IMG/VR virus record: IMGVR_UViG_3300032313_000518
Location: 32,001 to 96,000 of that record
DNA from: a virus
Length of the DNA: 64,000 nucleotides
Reading direction: 5' to 3' (one strand)
Shown: positions 26,121 to 37,535 of the stretch, one piece after another
Layout of the letters: the number at the start of each line of letters is the position of its first letter
How positions within the stretch are numbered: the stretch's first letter is position 1
Translations under genes and position numbers: made by a program
Notes under the pieces: model-generated
Database searches by the model: none
The model's input: only the letters and a program-made list of their open reading frames with translations
Told to the model about the DNA's origin: nothing

Positions 26121-28154
26121 ATGGCAATAACTACAACAAATAAAAACTTTAAAAATAAAGGAAAAGATATAAAATATCTTGGTAAAGATTTTACTAGCTT
26201 TAGAAGTAATTTAATAGAATTCGCTAAAACATATTTTCCTAAATCATATTCTGATTTTAATGAAACTTCACCAGGTATGATGTTTATTGAAATGGCGTCA
26301 TATGTTGGTGATGTTCTTTCATATTATGTAGATGATACTTTTAAAGAATCATTAATGCCATATGCAGAAGATATTCAAAGTGTAATTGCATTATCTCAAT
26401 TTTTAGGGTATAAACCAAAAGTAACGGCTCCTGCAATTACTGATATAGCTGTCTATCAATTAGTTCCATCGATTGGTACCGGTACATCAAATATACCCGA
26501 TTCAAAATATTATTTAAGAATAAAAGAAGGAATGGTTGTGGAATCAACCAATACTATTCAATTCAGAACAACTAGTTTATTGGATTTTTCAGATTCAAAT
26601 AATAGACAAATAACTGTTTACCAAAGAGATTCAAATACAGGAGAACCAACTTTTTATTTGGTAAAAAAATACGTTCAGGTTATATCTGCAATACAAAAAC
26701 AAGAAACTTTTACATTTGGTACATATCAACCATTTCAAACTATTGATTTGATTGATACGAATGTAATACAAATATATGATGTAAGAGATTCTAATAATAA
26801 CAAATATTATGAAGTTCCGTATTTAGGACAGGAGATGATATTTGTTGATGAACCAAATAATGAAATAAACGATCCTGATTTGGTTCAATTTAAAGACACA
26901 GTACCTTATGTATTAAAAACTATAAAAACGCCAAAACGATTTGTAGCTAAAGTAAATCAAGATAGTACAACTACATTACAATTTGGAGCAGGTGACCCAT
27001 CTGCTAGTGATGAACAATTAATTCCAAATCTTAAAAACGTTGGATTGGGATTACCAAACTCTATTAGTAGATTAGAAGAATCATTTGACCCAACAAATTT
27101 CTTAAAAACAAAAACTTATGGTACATCTCCATCAAATACTAATATAATTGTTAAGTATTATGTAGGTGGTGGGGTTGAATCTAATGTAGCACAGCGTACT
27201 ATAACAAAAATAGCATCTGTTGAATATGATGAAAATTCTTCAACATTTACAAATCAACAATTACCCGTTTATAATTCAATAAAAAAATCATTATCAGTTG
27301 ATAATGAAATGCCTGCGGTTGGTGGTCGTGGTGGTGAAACCATAGAAGAAATTAGACAAAATGCATTAGCAAACTTTGGCGCACAAAATAGAGCAGTAAC
27401 TGCACGAGATTATCAAGTAAGAGCATTATCTTTACCATCTAAATATGGTGGTATAGCTAAAGTATATGCAACTGCAGATGGTACATTAGATAATAATTCA
27501 CCCGCATCTATATTATCATCACCAAATCATTTACAAGAGTTTACTGATTTAGTAATGAGTTTTGTAAATAAACCTGACATACAAGAACCAACATCAGCTG
27601 TAGTTAAGCAAGAACTTACTAAATATTTAGTTGGTAAAGAATCTAATTTAAAAGAAAAAAATAATCCATTTGCAATTAATCTTTATTTGTTGGGTTATAA
27701 TTTAAACAATCAATTAACAAATTTAAATAGAGCAGTAAAGGAAAATCTTAAAACATACTTAAATGAATACAGAATAATGACCGATGCTATTAATATAAGT
27801 GACGGATTTGTTATTAATATAGGAATTGATTTTGAGATAATTACTTATAAAAATTATAATAAGAGTGAAGTTTTAACAAATGTAATTACTGAATTAAAAA
27901 ATTATTTCAATATTGATAATTGGACATTTAATCAAACTATAAATTTAAGTGAGGTTGAGTTAATGATTGCAAATATAGAGGGAGTATCATCAGTACCAAT
28001 GTTAAAAATAACAAATAAATGTGGTGGTAACTATTCAAGTAATTCATATAATATAGATGCGGCAACTAAAAGTAAGGTAGTATATCCATCGTTAGACCCA
28101 TCGGTTTTTGAAGTTAAGTTTCCGGATTCAGACATTAAAGGAAGAGCAAAATAA
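26121..28154 (+). CDS. baseplate wedge subunit, gp6/baseplate-J-like
   Basis: KDFTSFRSNLI..DFNETSPGMMFIEMASYVGDVLSYY; LQFG; GGRGGETIEEIR..AQNRAVTARDY. Confidence 0.9.
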   Translation: MAITTTNKNFKNKGKDIKYLGKDFTSFRSNLIEFAKTYFPKSYSDFNETSPGMMFIEMASYVGDVLSYYVDDTFKESLMPYAEDIQSVIALSQFLGYKPKVTAPAITDIAVYQLVPSIGTGTSNIPDSKYYLRIKEGMVVESTNTIQFRTTSLLDFSDSNNRQITVYQRDSNTGEPTFYLVKKYVQVISAIQKQETFTFGTYQPFQTIDLIDTNVIQIYDVRDSNNNKYYEVPYLGQEMIFVDEPNNEINDPDLVQFKDTVPYVLKTIKTPKRFVAKVNQDSTTTLQFGAGDPSASDEQLIPNLKNVGLGLPNSISRLEESFDPTNFLKTKTYGTSPSNTNIIVKYYVGGGVESNVAQRTITKIASVEYDENSSTFTNQQLPVYNSIKKSLSVDNEMPAVGGRGGETIEEIRQNALANFGAQNRAVTARDYQVRALSLPSKYGGIAKVYATADGTLDNNSPASILSSPNHLQEFTDLVMSFVNKPDIQEPTSAVVKQELTKYLVGKESNLKEKNNPFAINLYLLGYNLNNQLTNLNRAVKENLKTYLNEYRIMTDAINISDGFVINIGIDFEIITYKNYNKSEVLTNVITELKNYFNIDNWTFNQTINLSEVELMIANIEGVSSVPMLKITNKCGGNYSSNSYNIDAATKSKVVYPSLDPSVFEVKFPDSDIKGRAK

Positions 28155-29224
28155 TGGCATACTATTTTTTAACAGCATCAAAAGATGCATCGGTTTATTT
28201 ACAACAGCCTAACCAAAATACTGGGCTTGATGAAATATTAGAAATTAGTAAAGTTTATTATGGTAACATAAAAGATGTTGCTAGAAGTATAATTAAATTT
28301 GATGTTGGATTTTTATCATCATCAATTTCAACCGGTACAATTGGATTGGATTCTGCTAATTTAATTTTAAGAGAAACTGAAAGTGAAGAACTTCCATTAG
28401 AATATACTATATATGCAAATCCACTTTCTGGAAGTTGGGATATGGGTATTGGTACACGATTTGATAATGTATCTACGGCTGGTGTAACTTGGAATTACAG
28501 AGAGGGTGATACTAAAAAAGACTGGTTAGAAAATAATCTTAATTTAGGAACTGATGCCAATCCAAATAATGGAACTGGTGGAACTTGGTGGACTGGTTAT
28601 GGTGGTACTCAATCATATAGTTACCAAACAGCGGATATTAATATGGATGTTAAATCTATATTAAACGCATGGATGAGTAGTTCTATTCCAAATGATGGAT
28701 TTTTATTAAGATATTCCGATGTGGTTGAAAATAATACTGAAGATTATGGAATACTTAAATTTTTTAGTAAAGAAACACATACTATATATCAACCTAAAAT
28801 TAGTATTGGGTGGAATGACCAATCATTTGTAACAGCTTCATTGACTGCTTTGACTTCCGAAGATATTAAAGTTAGTATATCTAATCTAAAAAAAGAATAT
28901 AAATTAGGTAGTACTCCAAAATTAAGAATATTAGCTAGAGAACTATATCCATTAAAAACTTTTACAAATACATTCGCTTATAATAGCGTTAAGTACTTAC
29001 CACAAACAACATATTATCAGATAAAAGATTTTTCATCTGATGATGTAATAGTACCATTTTCGGACTATTCAAAAGTAAGTTGTGATTCAAATGGAAATTA
29101 TATAAATTTAAATCTTTCAAATTGGGAGGCTAATAGAACATATAAAATAGAATTTAAAATTGAACAAAATGGTGGTGTTCAATATTTTGATAATAGTATA
29201 ACATTTGATATAGTCAAATACTAA
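28154..29224 (+). CDS. structural protein with a DNRLRE-like beta-sandwich domain
   Basis: ASKDASVY..NTGLDEILE..RSIIKFD..NDGFLL..FFSKE..PKI pattern; position in the baseplate cluster. Confidence 0.6.
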   Translation: MAYYFLTASKDASVYLQQPNQNTGLDEILEISKVYYGNIKDVARSIIKFDVGFLSSSISTGTIGLDSANLILRETESEELPLEYTIYANPLSGSWDMGIGTRFDNVSTAGVTWNYREGDTKKDWLENNLNLGTDANPNNGTGGTWWTGYGGTQSYSYQTADINMDVKSILNAWMSSSIPNDGFLLRYSDVVENNTEDYGILKFFSKETHTIYQPKISIGWNDQSFVTASLTALTSEDIKVSISNLKKEYKLGSTPKLRILARELYPLKTFTNTFAYNSVKYLPQTTYYQIKDFSSDDVIVPFSDYSKVSCDSNGNYINLNLSNWEANRTYKIEFKIEQNGGVQYFDNSITFDIVKY

Positions 29225-29226
29225 AA

Positions 29227-30231
29227 ATGGTAGTAGACACTAGTGGTTTAAAAAACGAACAAAAAATTAAAGAACTTTTAATTAAAGGTTCTGAAGCAAT
29301 CACGACTAAAAATGATTTTGGTGTTCATATATTTAGTGGTTCTGCTATGGATGATGGAATCATATCTGCCAAACTACAAAAACCAAAATATGATAATTCT
29401 GAAATTCAAAAAACAGTCGATGTTCGAATAATAGAATTATTACCCCCATCCACTCCTGATGTTCCTGATACTGTTTTGAGAAGCGTATATAATCCCGTAA
29501 CTCAATCTGTAATAGATTTAACTTTTCAAGTTCAAACATTAAATGGTATTGTAAGTAATTTAACTGCAAAAGTTAAAGAAATAGAAATAGTTTCTCAAAG
29601 TTTAAAAATTGATATTGATTCAAAGGAATTAATAGTTGCAACTGCACAAAATCAAACCACACAAACAAATACAAAGATATCAACAACTGTTATTAATTTG
29701 CAAAATGCAATACAAAAAGCAACTAACGAAGCACTACAAAGAGTTTCACTTTTTGCAAGAAATCAATCGTTGCAAACGGAAAATGAAAATTTAAAAGACC
29801 AATTATTTGGAAAAGCTGCAAAAATAGCAGAAGGAGCTAAAGTTGGGCAAGATTTCTCTGTTAAATCAATTGCTAAATCTGATACAAATTTAGGTGATTT
29901 GGCATTTACTGCAAAGTGGGATGGTAATGGTGGTGTAACATGGATAAATGGGCCGGATATTGAAGTATATAATTTTACAAAAGATGCAATAACATTATCA
30001 TTTTTTCCAAGCGGACAAGTTGGTGATGTATTCTACACTCCAAGTTCAGTAACGTTACAACCATCCGAAACTAAAATTGTAAAAATAGCAACAAAACCAA
30101 ATGTTATATCTGATAAACCACCAAGAAGTGCTAATCAAGGTGATGTTACTTATACAGCTGCATTAACTGTTAAATCAAAAACATCATCAGCTACACTATC
30201 AGCTACATTTAAGAAAATAGGATTTGTATAA
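29227..30231 (+). CDS. structural protein with a coiled coil and an Ig-like C-terminus
   Basis: Central heptad region; position in the baseplate cluster. Confidence 0.6.
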   Translation: MVVDTSGLKNEQKIKELLIKGSEAITTKNDFGVHIFSGSAMDDGIISAKLQKPKYDNSEIQKTVDVRIIELLPPSTPDVPDTVLRSVYNPVTQSVIDLTFQVQTLNGIVSNLTAKVKEIEIVSQSLKIDIDSKELIVATAQNQTTQTNTKISTTVINLQNAIQKATNEALQRVSLFARNQSLQTENENLKDQLFGKAAKIAEGAKVGQDFSVKSIAKSDTNLGDLAFTAKWDGNGGVTWINGPDIEVYNFTKDAITLSFFPSGQVGDVFYTPSSVTLQPSETKIVKIATKPNVISDKPPRSANQGDVTYTAALTVKSKTSSATLSATFKKIGFV

Positions 30232-30242
30232 ATTAAAATAAA

Positions 30243-31853
30243 ATGGCATTACAAACATTTAAGGAGGTAATACAAAACAAAGGATATAGAATTAGTTCTA
30301 AAGATAGACAAATTTTTGAAAAAGAAAATTTGCAATCTTTCTTTGGATTAAGTGATTCTGATGTAATTGAATTTGTAGTTTATGATGCAAACGATAATCA
30401 ATTATCACAAGCTAATTATGGATTGGTTAGATATATAAAATTATCAACCCAAAATATTAAAGATTATATCTTAATTCCAACTGGTACTGTTTTTCAAAAA
30501 TACAAATTCCCAAAAGAATATTTTATTGATGTAGAACGATTACTTAAAGAAGCTGGATATACAAATGGTATATTTAAAACACAAGTAACATTATTAAATA
30601 AAAGGGTTGGTAGTGGTGAAGAACCAAATAATAAATTATGGATTTCCGAAATATCACCATCTAGAACAGAGATAAGATTATATCCTCTTAAAAAAGGTTT
30701 AGAAGAACATGCTGATTTGCAAGAAAGATTTAATATATTTACAAATAATAAAAATTTTAGAGAGGATACTATATACAATATATCTACTTTTTTAGAAAAA
30801 ATAAAAGCCGATTATATAACCGAACTTATTAAAAATAAATATACGGCAAAATGGTTTGATACATTAAGAGCTGAATTTAAAATAGCAAATTTTGATGAAT
30901 TTGCTACAAAGATAAGAAATGTATTTGTACAAGCATCTGAATATGAATTTTCTAATAGATTTTCAACAATAGGACAGCCTAATTATGGACAGGTAAAATC
31001 AACTAAACAAAATTTAGATTTATCTGTATTGGATATAACAAATACTTGTAAAAGAATTTTAACAGAAGTTATAAGTCATTATTTATTGTATCCTGATGTT
31101 AAAACAAAAGCAACTTTTGATTATGGATTTAATGTAAGTAATGATTATGTTACATCCGTATTACAAAGAAATGAAAGTGATACTGTGATAAATACGTTAT
31201 TTCCGGTTCTTAGACAAACTACTATTTTAAAAGCTCCTGCTACTCCATTGGATACGGCTGTAACAAAGGAAGACCCAAGTAAACCAGCAGGTCCTGTTAT
31301 TATAATAGAACAACCAAATCCAGAAAAACCAAAAACACCAGGCACAAATAATCCATACGATGGACAAATTGATAAACCAAGCGATGCACCGCAAAGACCA
31401 AAACCACCGGTAGGAGGACCTCCAAAAGCAAATCCAATCGAAACCGACCCATTTGGAAATCCGACAGGTGGAGTTGCTGATCCTGTTCCACCACTTGGTG
31501 GCGGTGGAAATACTATTCCACCGGAGGGTGGAGCAACTACAAATCCATTGGAGGAAAATCCCGATGGAACTTTAACTGGTGGAGGAACTACTCCTACTGA
31601 TATACCTACTGCGGGTGGGGGAACTACTGGTGCACCAACCAATCCTTTTGCTGGAATTTATATACCTCCTATTCAAATAGCAATAGGTCCGCAAATACCT
31701 AATATTCCAAACCCACCATATGATGATAATCCGGTAATTACTGTACCTCCTGATAGTAATCCATATATTGATAATCCATTTACAAATCCTAGTGATTTAG
31801 GTGCAAGTCCAGTAGATGGTGGTTTGGGATATGATGGATATTTTGGAAGTTAA
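30243..31853 (+). CDS. baseplate structural protein with a Pro/Gly-rich tail
   Basis: LWISEISPSRTEIRL motif; ~200-aa disordered C-terminus. Confidence 0.6.
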   Translation: MALQTFKEVIQNKGYRISSKDRQIFEKENLQSFFGLSDSDVIEFVVYDANDNQLSQANYGLVRYIKLSTQNIKDYILIPTGTVFQKYKFPKEYFIDVERLLKEAGYTNGIFKTQVTLLNKRVGSGEEPNNKLWISEISPSRTEIRLYPLKKGLEEHADLQERFNIFTNNKNFREDTIYNISTFLEKIKADYITELIKNKYTAKWFDTLRAEFKIANFDEFATKIRNVFVQASEYEFSNRFSTIGQPNYGQVKSTKQNLDLSVLDITNTCKRILTEVISHYLLYPDVKTKATFDYGFNVSNDYVTSVLQRNESDTVINTLFPVLRQTTILKAPATPLDTAVTKEDPSKPAGPVIIIEQPNPEKPKTPGTNNPYDGQIDKPSDAPQRPKPPVGGPPKANPIETDPFGNPTGGVADPVPPLGGGGNTIPPEGGATTNPLEENPDGTLTGGGTTPTDIPTAGGGTTGAPTNPFAGIYIPPIQIAIGPQIPNIPNPPYDDNPVITVPPDSNPYIDNPFTNPSDLGASPVDGGLGYDGYFGS

Positions 31854-31861
31854 AAAAAATA

Positions 31862-31869
31862 TATTTATA
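31862..31869 (+). promoter_or_regulatory. putative late promoter TATTTATA
   Basis: 26 nt before ATG 31896. Confidence 0.7.
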
Positions 31870-31895
31870 AAGTAATAACACATAAGAAATAACAA

Positions 31896-34800
31896 ATGCT
31901 AACAGAAGCAGAAAAAGCCGAAGCAAAACTAATTGGTCTTACAGAAGAACAATACCTAATGTTAAAAAAAAATAACACATTAGAATTGTATAAAGCTGCA
32001 GGTAATTTAGCAGATATTGGTAAAAAAATATCATCGGGTGAAATTAATTTGTTTCCTAATGGGTTAAATATACCATTACAATTGTCAGCATTACAATTTG
32101 GTGATACTGTAATGCCATCTTATACTGTAGTTGAATATCCAGATGGTAGACCTCCTTTTATTTATAATTCAGCAAACCCATACAACGTACCAAAAAGCGA
32201 GAAAGAATGGAAAGACATATTAAAAGGTGCAATATCTGCTAAAAATGATTTAACTGGTGATATACCATTACCACCGGTGGACCCAACTGATTTAAATTTA
32301 CCAGAAAATACTATATTTACTGTATTTGTTGCATTAAATGGGGCTAATAATTCTGCAGCTTTTATTAAAGGTGGTGAAACGTTTAGATTAAAACAAGGTT
32401 TAAATGAAATAAAAGTAGATGTTGGTACAAAACTTACATTTATAAGTGCTGACCAAAAACTATATAACGTATCGGAAATAAATGTAGTATCCGCTAATGT
32501 AAAGAAAAATGTAAAATCATCAAAAACTACTCCAATTATTACATGTGAAATTACTGTGAATGGGGTTTACAATGTAGATATTTATACGGAATCGAATACA
32601 GTAACTCAAACTACAAATCTTATTTTACCTGAAATAAAATTAGGAAACTCCGAATTAAAACGCTACAATATAAATACTGATACTGGAATACCAATTGGTA
32701 TTATTAAAATAGGTAAAGTTGAGCAAGTAACGGCATACATAAATCGAAAATCTTATAAATTTACAAATTTAGGCACAGAAACAAATGCAGTAATTGTAAT
32801 ACCTGATTCTGCATTTACACAAGTTGGAAGCTATAAAACTATTTTAGTTCCTTATAATTCAAGTGTAGGTGATGGTAATGCGTTAGAATTTCAAATTAGT
32901 GCGGTTGAGGAAATGAATGTGGGTACGCCTGATATACGAAACATAACATTCCCATCAGTATTATATGGACCAGATTATGTTGGTACGGATGTTGATTTTC
33001 AAATTTCTTATGATTCTGTTGATACTGATTTTGTACGAATAAAAAAATTAGGAGGAACATCTTATATTCAAGTAACCAAAGCTGGAACTGTTGATTTAAA
33101 TTTTAAAAAATTATTAGAATTAGATGGTACGCAAATTTCGGAAGATGAAGATAAAATACGTCTTAGTTTAGTTTTAACTCCATATAATGTAAGTGGATAT
33201 AAAGTATTAACAGGACTGGGAGAAAGAATTTCAATTAACTTTGATAAAGGTAATTTAACAATACCAAGATCAGTAGCTATCAATAGAATTGCGGAAGCAT
33301 TTACTTCTCAATTTGATGATAGTATATTTGTAGATGAAACTTCAAAATACCTTACTCACTTATTACACTTAGGTAATGGTGATAATAAAGTAATTACAAC
33401 TTGGGTTGGTAGTCAAAATTCTTTAATTGTAAAATTATATGAACCACTATCAACTACCATACAAACAAATAGACAAGTTTGGATTTCAAAAGTTCAATCA
33501 AATCCAATTGTTGAAACCGTAACTTTAAATGAAACTGTACAAAATGTATGTACACCATTAAAAGGACCTAATTTTTCATTAGAGCCTGATAATGGAATTG
33601 GGTATAAAGTATTTAATGATTTAATTGGTAGTGGTTCTAATACTTCAAATGATTTAGTAACAAAATATTTAGAAACATCTGGTATTGATACTACTAAATT
33701 AAGTATAGCTTACGCAAGTGGTTCATCTACATCAGCCGAATATTTGTTTACTAATTTTGTAAACTTTAGTTCTGCTGAAGAAAGAGTTAATAATTTCTTT
33801 TATAAAATACAATTATTACAAAATTATAAAACCAGATATTCCGAATTAATAGCAGATACATTTATATCACCATATGAAGATGTTGATGCAACCATATTAA
33901 CAGAAGATGGATTGTTTAAAACAGTTACTGAAGATGGTATTTTTGAAATTAACTGGGAAATTTTTCAATATAAAGGTGTTGCTCAATTAGAAGAAGCAAA
34001 AATTTTATTAAATACAATAAATGGTATAATTAAAGGATTTGATGGATTTGAAAATTGGTTATATACAGATACCACATATACAACATTATCGTACCCAAAA
34101 ACAACATATACTCATCCTATAACAGGCTTAACAACAAACATTATCAAACCAACAACTGATAATGATGTAATTAGTTGGTATGAATATATTATAGATGTTT
34201 GTGCTGAATTTGATAAATACAATCCAAATTATTTAGTAAATAATATACCAACATTTATAAGCGAAGACTATGATAACAGTGATTTCATAGTGTTCTTAGA
34301 TATGATTGGGCAGCATTTTGATATTATTTGGGTGTACATAAATGCTCTAAAAGGAAATAAAATATTAGAAGAAAAACAAATAAAAGGGGTTACTAATAAA
34401 TTTATTTACAACCTATTGGAATCAATGGGTTGGGAAGGTAAGCGAGCGTTTGATTCGGAGTTTTTATGGGAATATGTATTTGGAACTAATAAAGAAGGTT
34501 TTCAAAAATATTCAATGCCATTAGAAGATGCAAACAATCAAGTTTGGAGAAGAATCTTAAACAATCTACCATATCTATTAAAACATAAAGGAACATCAAG
34601 AGCTATGAAAGCTGTAATGGCTTGTTATGGCGTACCCCAATCCATGTTGACGATAATGGAATTTGGTGGACCTCAAGACCCAACCAAAAGTGGTAGTACT
34701 AAATTTACATTTGATGATAGAACTGCTGCAATTAAATTAAAAAATGATTCATCTGTTGTTGTACCTTGGAAATCGGTAAATGGTTCATACCCTAAAAGTA

Positions 34801-36839
34801 TTGAATTCAGAATAAAACCTGATAGTGTAAAAAATACTAGAATAATATCAAGTTCTCAATTCTATTTAGATATAGAACAAACTACTGGTTCATTTGCAAC
34901 CTTAACATTTGGATTGGGCAATAATGCAATATCAGCACCTTATATAGAAACACCATTTATATCGGCTTCCGTATCAACTACATATTTTCCATCTGGATTT
35001 GATTATGTTTTAGGACCTGATACTGTTAGTGGTAGTTCATATTTTCCACTATCTACTGAACATTATAGTAATGTTTTAATAAATAGATATCCTTTGGGGG
35101 GTCAATTATCATCTGCATCTTTGTATGAAGTATTACTAAAAACATCCGATGGGCAACGAATAATCAATTCGGTAAGTATGTCTTTTGTTAGTACAAAAGA
35201 ATGTTGGGAAAGTGGTTCTTATTTATCAATTGGTAATGATTTTATAGGTAATTTAGATGAATTCCGTTTATGGAAAGTTCCATTACAACCATCTAAATTT
35301 GAAAATCATACATTACACCCAGACGCAATAAATGGTAATTCATATACTGCATCAACTGCAGATTTAATGTTCCGTTTGGATTTTGAATATCCAAAAGATA
35401 GAATATTAGACCCTTATATTAAAAACGTATCATTGAGTAATCAATACGCTGAAAATTCAGCTACTGCAAGTAATATTTGGGCAAATTCATCATATCCATA
35501 TCAATACGAAGCATATGATAGAACAGTAACAGCTACTGTTCCATCTTTAGGATTAAATTATTCAAACAAAATAAGATTAGAAGAACAACAACTTATTGGT
35601 AATTTATCACATAAAGTAAGAGCAACCAACAAATCATTTGATAGAGCACCAATTGATTCAAACCGATTGGGTATATTCATGTCTCCAATAAAAGAGTTGA
35701 ATATGGATATTGTAAAAGCATTTGGTGATTTTAATATTGATAATTATATTGGAGACCCATCGGATGAATACAAAAATTCATATAGAGAACTTGATAATTT
35801 AAGAAAATATTACTTCCAACGTTTGGATAGAAATATGAATGAATATATCCAATTAGTAAGATATATTGATAAATCTTTATTTGATGTATTGGATGATTTA
35901 GCTCCTGCTAGAGCAAAAGTTTCTAAAGGTCTTTTAATCGAACCTCATTATTTAGAAAGAAGTAAAACTAAATGGGATAAACCAAAATCAGAAAGAGGTG
36001 ATTATGAAAGTGTTGTAAATGCAAATCAGTACAATGAAATAGAATTTTCATATGAAAGTAAAGATGCTTTAATAGATGCAACTCAAATAGCAACATTAGT
36101 TTCCGATTTACCATCGTATGATGCTTTAGTAAATACTGATGAAGTTTATCTAATTGAATCGGAAAACAATGGATATGAAACGGAAATATCCACTAATGAT
36201 GTTTATGTAATAGAAACGGAATATCCAACATATCCACCTACTGGTTCTGTAGAAATATATATACCAACTGGTGCCACTATAACTGCTGAAATTGATTCGT
36301 TTAATACAACCATTGTTGGTATGAATCCTGAATCATTGGCAAACGCTGGTTTTGGTTTATATGGAGAAAATGGTAATGCTATTGTATCTACTATTGAACC
36401 TATTTTTGGTAATTATCAAACAAGTGGAAGTAGAAAAAGTGTATTTTTAGTAAAAGAACAATTTACTACAAAAGTTTCAACTCAAACAAAAGGATGGCCT
36501 GTAAATGGCGCACCTTTGGGTGAGCAAGTTTTATATGAAGATATAGTAAACACAAAATACAGATATAAAGTTTCAGTTTTACCATTTAGTGGAAGTATCA
36601 CTATTGGAAATCAAACAACAGAAGTGACTTCATTGAATGGGTATTTTCCAACACACTATAAGTTTGTAAACAACTTATCCAACGGATTGCAAAAATTATT
36701 TTGGAAAGGTTCTGTACAAAGTGCAGCAACAACACCTGATGGTTTAGACCCAGTTGAAATATTTACTACCAATCCTAATATACTTAAAGTTGCTAAAACG
36801 GGTAGAGGAAGTGGTGAACCAATACTTATTGTGGAGTAA
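31896..36839 (+). CDS. large baseplate wedge protein (gp7-like) with a LamG-like domain
   Basis: FLDMIGQHFD..WRRILNNLPYLLKHKGT (tail protein I/gp7-like); SIEFRIK..FIGNLDEFRLW LamG pattern. Confidence 0.65.
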   Translation: MLTEAEKAEAKLIGLTEEQYLMLKKNNTLELYKAAGNLADIGKKISSGEINLFPNGLNIPLQLSALQFGDTVMPSYTVVEYPDGRPPFIYNSANPYNVPKSEKEWKDILKGAISAKNDLTGDIPLPPVDPTDLNLPENTIFTVFVALNGANNSAAFIKGGETFRLKQGLNEIKVDVGTKLTFISADQKLYNVSEINVVSANVKKNVKSSKTTPIITCEITVNGVYNVDIYTESNTVTQTTNLILPEIKLGNSELKRYNINTDTGIPIGIIKIGKVEQVTAYINRKSYKFTNLGTETNAVIVIPDSAFTQVGSYKTILVPYNSSVGDGNALEFQISAVEEMNVGTPDIRNITFPSVLYGPDYVGTDVDFQISYDSVDTDFVRIKKLGGTSYIQVTKAGTVDLNFKKLLELDGTQISEDEDKIRLSLVLTPYNVSGYKVLTGLGERISINFDKGNLTIPRSVAINRIAEAFTSQFDDSIFVDETSKYLTHLLHLGNGDNKVITTWVGSQNSLIVKLYEPLSTTIQTNRQVWISKVQSNPIVETVTLNETVQNVCTPLKGPNFSLEPDNGIGYKVFNDLIGSGSNTSNDLVTKYLETSGIDTTKLSIAYASGSSTSAEYLFTNFVNFSSAEERVNNFFYKIQLLQNYKTRYSELIADTFISPYEDVDATILTEDGLFKTVTEDGIFEINWEIFQYKGVAQLEEAKILLNTINGIIKGFDGFENWLYTDTTYTTLSYPKTTYTHPITGLTTNIIKPTTDNDVISWYEYIIDVCAEFDKYNPNYLVNNIPTFISEDYDNSDFIVFLDMIGQHFDIIWVYINALKGNKILEEKQIKGVTNKFIYNLLESMGWEGKRAFDSEFLWEYVFGTNKEGFQKYSMPLEDANNQVWRRILNNLPYLLKHKGTSRAMKAVMACYGVPQSMLTIMEFGGPQDPTKSGSTKFTFDDRTAAIKLKNDSSVVVPWKSVNGSYPKSIEFRIKPDSVKNTRIISSSQFYLDIEQTTGSFATLTFGLGNNAISAPYIETPFISASVSTTYFPSGFDYVLGPDTVSGSSYFPLSTEHYSNVLINRYPLGGQLSSASLYEVLLKTSDGQRIINSVSMSFVSTKECWESGSYLSIGNDFIGNLDEFRLWKVPLQPSKFENHTLHPDAINGNSYTASTADLMFRLDFEYPKDRILDPYIKNVSLSNQYAENSATASNIWANSSYPYQYEAYDRTVTATVPSLGLNYSNKIRLEEQQLIGNLSHKVRATNKSFDRAPIDSNRLGIFMSPIKELNMDIVKAFGDFNIDNYIGDPSDEYKNSYRELDNLRKYYFQRLDRNMNEYIQLVRYIDKSLFDVLDDLAPARAKVSKGLLIEPHYLERSKTKWDKPKSERGDYESVVNANQYNEIEFSYESKDALIDATQIATLVSDLPSYDALVNTDEVYLIESENNGYETEISTNDVYVIETEYPTYPPTGSVEIYIPTGATITAEIDSFNTTIVGMNPESLANAGFGLYGENGNAIVSTIEPIFGNYQTSGSRKSVFLVKEQFTTKVSTQTKGWPVNGAPLGEQVLYEDIVNTKYRYKVSVLPFSGSITIGNQTTEVTSLNGYFPTHYKFVNNLSNGLQKLFWKGSVQSAATTPDGLDPVEIFTTNPNILKVAKTGRGSGEPILIVE

Positions 36840-36860
36840 TTGGAAAATAAAAATAAGTTA

Positions 36861-36868
36861 TATTTATA
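36861..36868 (+). promoter_or_regulatory. putative late promoter TATTTATA
   Basis: 24 nt before ATG 36893. Confidence 0.7.
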
Positions 36869-36892
36869 TAATATAGAATAAACGCATAACAA

Positions 36893-37522
36893 ATGGCATA
36901 TTTAGATAATTCAGAAATAACAGTAGATGCAATTTTAACCAAAAAAGGTAGACAAAAATTAGCATCCGGTCAATCTCTAAACATTACAAAGTTCGCTTTG
37001 GCAGATGATGAAATTGATTATACATTATACGAACCAGCACATCCAAAAGGTTCGGCATATTATGATTCTGCAATCAGAGCAATTCCTGTAACGGAAGCAT
37101 CTCCTGATGAGACTCAAGTATTAAGATATAAATTGGTAACTTTACCAAAAGGAACAACACAAATCCCAGTGGTTAAATTGGGTGTAACTGCAATTGCAGT
37201 AAATCAAACCGAAGGTGGTGTGGGATTAACTCCAACAACTTCTCCTGCTGGAAATCAAAATTCTGGATACACTGTTGTATTAGCAGACCAAAGAGCAGGT
37301 ACATTAACTGTAACTTCTGGAGCAACTGGAACTGGAACTATTCCTGTATTCTTAGGTGAAGAAATTACAACAACCGCACAGGTAGTTAGTGGTTTAGAAT
37401 TTAGATTTACTCCAAATCCTAACTTAACTATTTCTGTTGCAACAACAATAACGGTTTATGGTAATGAAACAGGAGGTTCTCAAACAATACCGGTAACTGT
37501 AACATACAAACAAACAGTATAA
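36893..37522 (+). CDS. baseplate/tail structural protein
   Basis: AILTKKGRQKLA..ITKFALADDEIDY resembles the N-terminus of tail-collar-fibre/baseplate proteins. Confidence 0.65.
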   Translation: MAYLDNSEITVDAILTKKGRQKLASGQSLNITKFALADDEIDYTLYEPAHPKGSAYYDSAIRAIPVTEASPDETQVLRYKLVTLPKGTTQIPVVKLGVTAIAVNQTEGGVGLTPTTSPAGNQNSGYTVVLADQRAGTLTVTSGATGTGTIPVFLGEEITTTAQVVSGLEFRFTPNPNLTISVATTITVYGNETGGSQTIPVTVTYKQTV

Positions 37523-37535
37523 TAAAATATAGAAA

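Noticed and set aside
31145-31642. Gly-rich antisense ORF (similarly 52840-53055, 11993-12562, 58881-59501, 60225-60674)
   Set aside because: Fully nested opposite well-supported + strand genes; expected stop-poor reverse frames
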